Positions 1 through 5,505 of a stretch of 5,573 nt of DNA are shown piece by piece; within the stretch, counting starts at the first letter, position 1; the number at the start of each line of letters is the position of its first letter. The notes under the pieces are model-generated. The model saw only the letters and a list, made by a program, of their open reading frames with translations, made no database searches and was not told where the DNA came from. Location of the stretch: IMG/VR virus record IMGVR_UViG_2526164693_000014, one strand, 5' to 3'. Origin of the DNA: a virus. Taxonomy: Duplodnaviria > Heunggongvirae > Uroviricota > Caudoviricetes. The position numbers and the translations under genes were made by a program.

Positions 1-206
1 CGATCTACAGATTCCCCGAAACGCTTCTCCATAAATAATTCATAGGCTGCCCGTTCATCCGATACTGATGCCAGTGATGCCAGTGCAATTTTTAATGCGG
101 TAAGCATGTTGTTTTGATCTTCATCGAGTCCGAACGGTATTTCATCCCGTGATGACTCAATTCCGGTAATCGTGTTCTGTAGCCATTCTTTGGTTAATTC
201 AGTCAT
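1..206 (-). CDS. Hypothetical protein, 5'-partial in window (start inside, continues past the left edge)
   Basis: Hand translation from ATG at 206..204 gives MTELTKEWLQNTITGIESSRDEIPFGLDEDQNNMLTALKIALASLASVSDERAAYELFMEKRFGESVD with no stop before the edge; an in-frame TGA lies two codons upstream of the ATG. Not in the ORF track because it has no stop in the window. No family recognised. Confidence 0.5.
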   Translation of the reverse strand, partial: MTELTKEWLQNTITGIESSRDEIPFGLDEDQNNMLTALKIALASLASVSDERAAYELFMEKRFGESVD

Positions 207-214
207 TTTTCACT

Positions 215-232
215 ACCGCCCTTTCGGGCGGT
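215..232 (-). other. GC-rich stem-loop (7-bp stem ACCGCCC/GGGCGGT, GAAA loop on the minus-strand transcript) between an AGGAG motif and the start codon at 206
   Basis: Perfect inverted repeat accgccc-tttc-gggcggt seen directly. No U-run follows it on either strand, so it is not a canonical intrinsic terminator. Confidence 0.4.
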
Positions 233-332
233 CTCCTGATGTTCTGAGGGTGCAGGAATCCCTCCGGTTAAGGATTTAATAAAAATCATTTCTGATTTAA
301 ATTTTCAGTGTTTAGTTGTTGGTTTATAGCCT

Positions 333-644
333 TTATGCTTCGGCCTTATTTCTCAGCCATACACAAACAGGACCATCTTCGGTGTCATGTATCGAACCGA
401 TAAACCATCCCTCACCTTCTGGTCGCTCAGGTTCCCATGCTGAAATATCAGGGCCATCTGCGTCCAGATTAAAATCATCTTCATCCATACTACGGATAGC
501 CCACTGAAGATTATTTTTCTCCATCCAGGCGTTAAACTCTTCCGTTGAAATATATTCCCGACCATCACAGAATTTTTCATATTCAGGATGCGTCCAGCAG
601 CCATATTCATTACGTTCCACTGGCATTTCTTTAATTACGCTCAT
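333..644 (-). CDS. Hypothetical small acidic protein (103 aa), prophage accessory gene
   Basis: ORF-track ORF; AAGGGGGG Shine-Dalgarno-like motif upstream of the ATG at 644; start overlaps the stop of the upstream gene (ATGA). No family recognised. Confidence 0.6.
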   Translation of the reverse strand: MSVIKEMPVERNEYGCWTHPEYEKFCDGREYISTEEFNAWMEKNNLQWAIRSMDEDDFNLDADGPDISAWEPERPEGEGWFIGSIHDTEDGPVCVWLRNKAEA

Positions 645-829
645 TTACCCCCCTTATTTAATTTTCTACGACACTTTTTACAATCATCTGGACTTTCGAA
701 TGTATCCGGCTCACGCTCATTGCCAAAATACATCCACCCACCGCAAATACTTGTTATTTCACCTTCAGCAAAATAATGATGTTTTTTCGCCATAAGTGGC
801 CTTGCCCAGCCCGGATTCGTTTTACTCAC
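641..829 (-). CDS. Hypothetical small Cys-containing protein (62 aa), GTG start
   Basis: GTG at 829 overlaps the upstream stop (GTGA) and is preceded by AAGGAGG with about a 6-nt spacer; an alternative ATG at 793 has no RBS. Cys pattern SICGG...DCKKC could be a small zinc-binding motif (inference). Confidence 0.5.
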   Translation of the reverse strand: MSKTNPGWARPLMAKKHHYFAEGEITSICGGWMYFGNEREPDTFESPDDCKKCRRKLNKGGK

Positions 830-1182
830 TTGTTGCCTCCTTTGCGAAGCTCTGCGACTAACTCGTCACATATGTGCGTCAAAGAGCAAAGTTTGATTGC
901 TGGATGTTCGCGCACCATCTCCACACCCTGCGCCCGCAATTCTGCCAGAAAAGCGTAGGGGTCAGTTTTTTCACTGTGGTACATGGCATCATAGATAATC
1001 ATTGCAGCGACACCTGCCTGTCCTGCATCTGTGACGGATATATGCTCAAGGGCTACGGCCATTGCGTGTTTCAACCTCTCATTTTCCACCTCAAGCACCA
1101 CACGATTAGCCTCCAGCTCTTCTATGCGTTTTTTTGCTGCTCCCAGCTCAACACGCAGCTCCTGATAGTTAATCTCGCTCAT
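826..1182 (-). CDS. Hypothetical protein (118 aa) with a predicted N-terminal coiled coil
   Basis: ORF-track ORF; strong RBS (GGGAGGAAGGAGA) upstream of the ATG at 1182; ATGA overlap with the upstream gene; N-terminal heptad-like ELRVELGAAKKRIEELEANRVVLEVENERLK. Confidence 0.6.
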   Translation of the reverse strand: MSEINYQELRVELGAAKKRIEELEANRVVLEVENERLKHAMAVALEHISVTDAGQAGVAAMIIYDAMYHSEKTDPYAFLAELRAQGVEMVREHPAIKLCSLTHICDELVAELRKGGNK

Positions 1183-1403
1183 TCTCCTTCCTCCCGCACT
1201 GCTGTTTTATATGCCCGAAGCACATGCGATGTTTTTCCTGACACAGTGCTTCTCAGAAAGAAAATTCCACTGGTGTTTATTACCAGATACGGGTCAGCAA
1301 GACGCAGCATATCCAGTATGTGATTATGTTTTCTTGTTTCCAGCACCGTACTTGAAATAAGCATATGTGACACGGGGCCGAAATCATGATATCTGATTTT
1401 CAT
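1179..1403 (-). CDS. Hypothetical protein (74 aa)
   Basis: ORF-track ORF; AGGGTGA-like RBS upstream of the ATG at 1403; first of four translationally coupled small genes. No family recognised. Confidence 0.45.
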   Translation of the reverse strand: MKIRYHDFGPVSHMLISSTVLETRKHNHILDMLRLADPYLVINTSGIFFLRSTVSGKTSHVLRAYKTAVREEGE

Positions 1404-1424
1404 ATCATCACCCTGCTGTAAAAA

Positions 1425-2123
1425 TTACCCGTTATCTCCTGTCGTTATTTTCTGTATGACATCACGATGCTTATTAATTTCCCGCAGCGCGGCGCATAAG
1501 CGCTCCCACTTCTGAACCTGACCTTTTGCCCGGCGCAGCTCGCGGTTAGCCACATGCAGCGATGGTAAAATCAGACCATCCGGATGCTTTCTGATGAACG
1601 ACGACTGTGACTGCACTGTGACCGCCACACTTTCAGTTTTAATTTCTTCCTGTGTTTCCGCTTCCCGGACTGGTAACGCAACACCTGCCGGCTGAGGAAA
1701 GGCTTTACCATCGGTTTCCGTTACCGATGCAGCTTTCGGCTCTGCCGGTAAATTATCGCCCGGTATGCAGTAACGATATTTACCGTCCTGATTTACGCGA
1801 ATCAGACGACCTTTGCTGACAGCCATCGCCAGTGATGAATTCGCCCGGCGGGAGGTAATCCCGAACATTAACGCCAGTTCGTCAGCCGACTGAGGACCAT
1901 GCTGTTCAATCGCGTTAATCAGCATCTCTGCAGTGGTTTTTGGGGCCGCTTCAGTTGCCTCACTCGTCAGCCACCACATCGACCCCTTGTTATCAGCTTC
2001 GCCACGACGCTTCAGCTTCCAGAGTTCGGTAACAGCATCGTCACGGCTGATTTCAAGACGGGCTGCAATCTCGTGCGACGAGGCTTTTTTCAGTGCTTTC
2101 AGTGCGTCAAAAACGGTTTCCAT
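1425..2123 (-). CDS. Hypothetical prophage protein (232 aa) with two winged-helix-like segments
   Basis: Track ORF is 1425..2189, but the ATG at 2123 has a GGAGG RBS about 6 nt upstream (ccgggaggaaaatttaATG) and avoids overlap with the P-like gene. Two segments resemble each other and wHTH folds (inference). Confidence 0.6.
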   Translation of the reverse strand: METVFDALKALKKASSHEIAARLEISRDDAVTELWKLKRRGEADNKGSMWWLTSEATEAAPKTTAEMLINAIEQHGPQSADELALMFGITSRRANSSLAMAVSKGRLIRVNQDGKYRYCIPGDNLPAEPKAASVTETDGKAFPQPAGVALPVREAETQEEIKTESVAVTVQSQSSFIRKHPDGLILPSLHVANRELRRAKGQVQKWERLCAALREINKHRDVIQKITTGDNG

Positions 2124-2157
2124 TAAATTTTCCTCCCGGTAAAAATTACTTCTCAAC

Positions 2158-2823
2158 TCAGACAAAACCGGCCGCCTTCCGGCGCTCATATTCCTGTTTC
2201 AGCAATTCAATTGGCGTTGGCCCTGGCGGGCGTTTGGGTGCTGCCAGTTGTCGCCGGACTGGCGGAACACTGAGGCCATTACCAACATGCTTTGCCCATT
2301 TCGTCAGTTGCCGTTCTGCAAGCCGTTTTAATTCCCCTTCGGTCATCTGGCGCTCAATCCCCTTTGAACGCATCTCGAGGCAAATGTGATACAGCACAGG
2401 CTGAGACCACGGGTACTTATCACTTCCGTCGTATCGCCAGGACTCATTGCGCCAGCGGCGGTACTCCTCCATCACAGCATCCACCGTCAGACCGAATGGA
2501 TTGGCTCCGCTTTTCGAAATCAGTGCCACAAACTCAGCCAGGTCCGGAGGCCATGTTTCACCCGCCCGGCAGCGGTCCATGCACTGGCGGCAGACCTGCC
2601 GGATTTGCTGCTCAGTCATCGCGCCAATCTGTGCAATCCAGAGCTTCGAAGGTGCGGCCCCGTTCTTCTGGATCCAGCGGTTCGAATAAACCACCCCCAT
2701 GAGTTCCCACAGCTTCCAGGCCGTTTCCGTCGCTGATAAATCCGTTTTCACGTTCCCACTGCTCACGTGCTGCCCGAATTTCCTGAACTGCCCGTGATGC
2801 GGTGCCACCTGGTGCTGCTGCAT
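2158..2823 (-). CDS. Phage replication protein P-like (lambda P family, DnaB helicase loader)
   Basis: Recalled similarity to lambda P: [18 protein letters not shown]...[13 protein letters not shown] here versus lambda ESYPWKSNAHYWLVTNLYQNMR...TDAELRRKAADEL, plus an upstream MTEQQ segment. The ATG at 2823 has an AAGGGG RBS with 6-nt spacer but overlaps the O-like gene by 212 bp out of frame; in-frame ATGs at 2700 and 2619 are alternative starts. Confidence 0.75.
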   Translation of the reverse strand: MQQHQVAPHHGQFRKFGQHVSSGNVKTDLSATETAWKLWELMGVVYSNRWIQKNGAAPSKLWIAQIGAMTEQQIRQVCRQCMDRCRAGETWPPDLAEFVALISKSGANPFGLTVDAVMEEYRRWRNESWRYDGSDKYPWSQPVLYHICLEMRSKGIERQMTEGELKRLAERQLTKWAKHVGNGLSVPPVRRQLAAPKRPPGPTPIELLKQEYERRKAAGFV

Positions 2824-3652
2824 GGTTTACCCCTTTGCTGACTGGTTTAACCTGCGCCCTGACGTGATTTACGTGACGGGCGAATTTCTGCTCCCACTGA
2901 ATCTGCGTAAACACTTTCCCCTCCGCTGCCCAGTAGTCCCGGAAGGCGGCAAGTTCAGCAGGTGTAAATTCTGTCTCCGGCAAAGCCATCCCCCACAACG
3001 CAGCCCGTCGTCGAAAATCCCGTGACGGATACCAGCTATCGCTCATCGGGAATTTTCCGATGGGTTCGCTCAGGCCATACAGGAATACAGGGGGGGCTGC
3101 CTGTAACGACAAAACTTCCTGCTCACTGGTCGGAGCACTCTCGCGTGCGTTATGTGTGGGGTTTAGATCTTTGGGTTCCTTTGGGTTCCGTGATCCGTTT
3201 TTGGGTGTCTTTGATGGAAAATTTGGGTGTCTTTGGTTATTTTCCATGCAGCTAAGAGTTCTGTTTTTGGGTCTGTTTTGTGCTGAAACATAACCATTTT
3301 CGGTACTGTTTTTATTAACAGCACCAATTTTACCCACCTTTAAAGACTCCCGTTTTTGGGTGTATTCAGGCTCGGCAACACTTTCTTCTACACCGATAAG
3401 TCGGTACACCACAATTTGCTTTGTTCTGCCTTTTCTCTCACCGGTATCAACAATTAACCCAATCTCCATCAGGTGTCGTAAGCTGTCCTGCACAGTCTTT
3501 TTGTTCAGTTCCGTTACTTCTGCCAGTGCAGATACAGACGGGTATGCACACAAATCGGCACCGCACATATCAGCAAGCCAGGTCAATACTGACTTACTGG
3601 ATGAACTGCCGGTTTTCACCTTTTTAGCCCATCGTAGTGCATCGATACTCAT
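2612..3652 (-). CDS. Replication initiator, lambda O-like: N-terminal HTH DNA-binding domain, low-complexity linker, C-terminal DnaT-like domain
   Basis: C-terminal region GKFPMSDSWYPSRDFRRRAALWGMALPETEFTPAELAAFRDYWAAEGKVFTQIQWEQKFARHV closely matches the E. coli DnaT C-terminal region as I recall it. Start set at ATG 3652 (MSIDALRWAKK..., G-rich RBS); the track's 3727 start would overlap the upstream gene further. Confidence 0.8.
   Translation of the reverse strand: MSIDALRWAKKVKTGSSSSKSVLTWLADMCGADLCAYPSVSALAEVTELNKKTVQDSLRHLMEIGLIVDTGERKGRTKQIVVYRLIGVEESVAEPEYTQKRESLKVGKIGAVNKNSTENGYVSAQNRPKNRTLSCMENNQRHPNFPSKTPKNGSRNPKEPKDLNPTHNARESAPTSEQEVLSLQAAPPVFLYGLSEPIGKFPMSDSWYPSRDFRRRAALWGMALPETEFTPAELAAFRDYWAAEGKVFTQIQWEQKFARHVNHVRAQVKPVSKGVNHAAAPGGTASRAVQEIRAAREQWERENGFISDGNGLEAVGTHGGGLFEPLDPEERGRTFEALDCTDWRDD
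3170..3365. repeat. Candidate origin of replication: iteron-like direct repeats (core TTTGGGT) with an adjacent AT-rich tract, inside the O-like linker
   Basis: Seen directly: tandem TTTGGGTTCC at 3170..3189; TTTGGGTGTCTTTG at 3200..3213 and again at 3222..3235 (22-bp register); TTTGGGTCTGTTTTG at 3266..3280; TTTGGGTGT at 3355..3363; AT-rich stretch about 3285..3340. Lambda ori is likewise iterons plus an AT-rich region inside O. Confidence 0.6.
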
Positions 3653-4175
3653 ACGCCCCCCTGGCAGACATTTGTTTATCTGCAAAGTAATATTGGTATT
3701 GCTGACGATACGCGTGCTTGAAAGCAATAGCTTTTTCTATAAGCTCGTCAGTCTCACGTTCCACAACAACTGGATCCGCAAAAAGCAGCCCGGACTCCAC
3801 CACATCGCCATATTCTTTGTTTAACCCGGCGATCATGTACGTAATGCTTTTTCCGTCAGTAATTTCACAATACAATCTGAAATCGCTGATCCGGATAGCC
3901 TCCATAATTGCCGGAATCAGCGCCGTGAATTTGTCACGCTTATCTCTGGTGTCGATAGCTTTCCAGCGTTCGAATATCTTCACCCGGTTAACGCCCAGCG
4001 CCCGTTGATCAACCTCGCCATCATTAAACGTGACGCGTTGAACATCGATGTTCGGGCGTTCTTTCAGAGCCCAGAATGCTTCCGTGATTAATATCGTCGC
4101 CTGCTCCTGTGTCATTCCTGGTCGGCATACCCAGGTATCCAGAGCCTCACAAACCTGTTCAGTGGTGATTTTCAT
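3624..4175 (-). CDS. YdaT-like protein in the cII position (183 aa)
   Basis: Sits between the Cro-like and O-like genes. The segment FTALIPAIMEAIRISDFRLYCEI resembles the Rac-prophage YdaT segment as I recall it; this is from memory and unverified. Overlaps the Cro-like gene by 17 bp and the O-like gene by 29 bp. Confidence 0.65.
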   Translation of the reverse strand: MKITTEQVCEALDTWVCRPGMTQEQATILITEAFWALKERPNIDVQRVTFNDGEVDQRALGVNRVKIFERWKAIDTRDKRDKFTALIPAIMEAIRISDFRLYCEITDGKSITYMIAGLNKEYGDVVESGLLFADPVVVERETDELIEKAIAFKHAYRQQYQYYFADKQMSARGAYEYRCTTMG

Positions 4176-4386
4176 TGTTCAACCGCCCCGCCCGCTTTGC
4201 CTTACGATATTCGTCATAAACTTTGGGGTCGTACTGAAGTTCCCCGCCGGATGCCTCTTGCAGGCGCATCGCGCGACCTTCAGGAACCAGTTCCCCCCAT
4301 GCAGCAACGCTTGCCAGCCTAACTCCTGCGACATTGGCAAGCTTTGTTTTGCTGCCAAAAAACGCTATAGCATCAATTTTCAACAT
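4159..4386 (-). CDS. Cro-like small DNA-binding regulator (YdaS/DicC-like, 75 aa)
   Basis: Divergent from the repressor gene across a 76-bp operator region; the pattern AGVRLASVAAWGELVPEGRAMRLQEASGGELQYDP fits the Cro/YdaS-type fold family; first gene of the leftward operon. Confidence 0.75.
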   Translation of the reverse strand: MLKIDAIAFFGSKTKLANVAGVRLASVAAWGELVPEGRAMRLQEASGGELQYDPKVYDEYRKAKRAGRLNNENHH

Positions 4387-4462
4387 ATCGAAACCCTTAG
4401 ATTTTCCTAAGGAAACTAGATCGTAGAGAAACCTAAGTCAAGAAAAATTAGAATTACCTAAT
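4387..4462. promoter_or_regulatory. Divergent operator/promoter region (OR-like) between the Cro-like and repressor genes
   Basis: Perfect inverted repeat CCTTAG-N6-CTAAGG at 4395..4412 and a third half-site CCTAAG at 4432..4437. Plus strand: -10-like TAGAAT at 4449..4454 only 8 nt before the repressor ATG, with no SD. Minus strand: TTGACT (-35) at 4441..4436 with a weak -10. Confidence 0.6.
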
Positions 4463-4870
4463 ATGAAAAACGAAACCTTCGGTGCTCGCCTCTTATACAG
4501 GCGAAAAAAATTAAAACTGTCTCAGGCCGCATTAGGTAAGCTGGTCAAAGTCGCTCACGTAACAATTTCTCAATGGGAAAGAGATGAAACACAGCCAGCG
4601 GGGAAGAGATTATTCGCACTGAGCCAGGCGCTTCAGTGCTCGCCGACTTGGCTTCTTTTTGGAGATGAAGATAAGCAACCAGGCGAACCGATCCCAGATA
4701 ATCAGCCAGTCAATCTGACAGAAGATCAAAAAGAGTTGCTTCAACTGTTCGACGCACTGCCTGAGTCAGAGCAAAAGGCTCTGTTGTCAGAGATGCGTGC
4801 TCGAGTTGAGAATTTCAACAAACTTTTTGAAGAACTACTCAAAGCTCGCAAAAGAAGCGCAAATAAATAA
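4463..4870 (+). CDS. dicA: Prophage immunity repressor, DicA-type HTH_XRE regulator (135 aa, cI functional analogue, no S24 peptidase domain)
   Basis: N-terminal HTH (LSQAALGKLVKVAHVTISQWERDETQP); CSPTWLLFGDEDKQP and the C-terminal NFNKLFEELLKAR tail match my recollection of E. coli Qin DicA; same length; divergent from a Cro-like gene. The symbol means DicA-family homologue, not necessarily the K-12 locus. Confidence 0.85.
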   Translation: MKNETFGARLLYRRKKLKLSQAALGKLVKVAHVTISQWERDETQPAGKRLFALSQALQCSPTWLLFGDEDKQPGEPIPDNQPVNLTEDQKELLQLFDALPESEQKALLSEMRARVENFNKLFEELLKARKRSANK

Positions 4871-4900
4871 CCCCCCTTTTTTTCGCAACTCTCTGTAATA

Positions 4901-4933
4901 AAAAGCACAAACTTTCAAATACTTGTGTTTTTT
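4901..4933 (+). terminator. Weak candidate intrinsic terminator downstream of the repressor gene
   Basis: Short stem GCACAA/TTGTG with a 12-nt loop followed by a T6 run, flanked upstream by an A-tract. The stem is short and AU-rich, so this is tentative. Confidence 0.3.
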
Positions 4934-4941
4934 ACATCAAG

Positions 4942-4998
4942 AAGCTTAGGTTTTTCTACACAAAAAGCTTGACCATAACTCTTAGGCTATTCTAAATT
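4942..4998 (+). promoter_or_regulatory. pL-like rightward promoter candidate with operator-like half-sites (OL-like)
   Basis: TTGACC at 4969..4974, then a 17-18-nt spacer and CTAAAT/TAAATT at 4992..4998. CTTAGG half-sites at 4945..4950 and 4982..4987, the second inside the spacer; same motif as in the OR-like region. Confidence 0.45.
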
Positions 4999-5133
4999 CT
5001 ACTCATCAAGACACCGCACGGTGTTCTCAGCAAACAGTTCCGCTACCCGGCGTTAAGGGGAAGCAGAGGATTTCTCAGTGGGCGAGTCAAACATCAGAAT
5101 GGAAGGCGTCCAGGGATCAGCAAAGAAACAGCG

Positions 5134-5433
5134 ATGGCGCTTTATATTGATATCAGCGCCATTGCCGGACAGGTAAGAGTTATCAGAGCGGTAACTAAGC
5201 GGTATGCGCCTTTACTTCAGAAAGTCTCTGGTGAGTGCACCGAAGATATTGTCAACGATTTCGTCATCGAACTGCGAGGACTCATCTTCAGTTACAAGGT
5301 GACCACAATTTTTGCAGATGGCTCCCGCGAAACTGTCAGAGCCCTGCGGCTTAAAGGATGTGTCAAAGACTTAGCCACCACATTCTGGGCAAGAAAACTT
5401 GATTGTATTCATAACCAATTTCCTCTCGAGTAA
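5134..5433 (+). CDS. Hypothetical protein (99 aa), first long ORF downstream of the pL-like promoter; coding status uncertain
   Basis: Only ORF of 60 aa or more on either strand in 4871..5505; weak RBS (AAGAAACAGCG); several rare AGA/GGA/CGA codons; no N-like arginine-rich motif; no family recognised. Confidence 0.4.
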   Translation: MALYIDISAIAGQVRVIRAVTKRYAPLLQKVSGECTEDIVNDFVIELRGLIFSYKVTTIFADGSRETVRALRLKGCVKDLATTFWARKLDCIHNQFPLE

Positions 5434-5505
5434 CAGACCCCTCAGAGGATACCACCTCGCCTGACGTGGTTAAAAAGCAGGCAACGCTAACCACAAGGAG
5501 CCGAC

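Noticed and set aside
353-610. 85-aa minus-strand ORF in another frame within the 103-aa gene
   Set aside because: Fully nested in the better-supported 103-aa gene (RBS, stop/start coupling); hydrophobic, low-complexity translation.
874-1323. 149-aa plus-strand ORF
   Set aside because: Lies antisense to the RBS-supported, translationally coupled 118-aa and 74-aa minus-strand genes; Cys/His-rich low-complexity translation typical of a shadow frame.
2124-2189. N-terminal extension of the 232-aa gene to the ATG at 2189
   Set aside because: Would overlap the P-like gene's 3' end by 32 bp, and the internal ATG at 2123 has a clear GGAGG RBS; kept as an alternative start only.
2292-2736. Plus-strand ORFs of 136, 116 and 80 aa (also 2093..2389, 1899..2142)
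   Set aside because: All overlap the P-like gene and its neighbour antisense; Arg/Ser/Pro-rich translations typical of the reverse frame of a GC-rich coding region.
3653-3727. N-terminal extension of the O-like ORF to the ATG at 3727
   Set aside because: Would overlap the YdaT-like gene by more than 100 bp; the ATG at 3652 has a G-rich RBS and begins the recognisable HTH domain (MSIDALRWAKK...).
3360-3824. 154-aa plus-strand ORF (and nested 3421..3627, 3718..4008)
   Set aside because: Antisense to the O-like and YdaT-like genes, which have homology support; no RBS noted; Ser/Thr/Leu-rich translation consistent with a shadow ORF.
4048-4410. 120-aa plus-strand ORF
   Set aside because: Spans the Cro-like gene and the YdaT-like 5' end antisense and would run through the operator region; the divergent-promoter architecture favours the minus-strand genes.
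4857-4886. Possible hairpin plus T7 run immediately after the repressor stop
   Set aside because: The would-be stem is mostly A:T with mismatches and is not convincingly stable; the stem-loop at 4901..4933 is a slightly better, though still weak, terminator candidate.
5000-5133. nutL-like boxA/boxB antitermination site and a DicF-like sRNA
   Set aside because: Looked for CGCTCTTA-type boxA with an adjacent GAAGA-loop hairpin and for the DicF core; no convincing match found by eye, so none is called.
5078-5176. 32-codon ORF (GTG 5078, or ATG 5099) with AGAGGA upstream
   Set aside because: Very short, overlaps the 99-aa ORF start, and has no conservation evidence available; noted only as a possible leader peptide.
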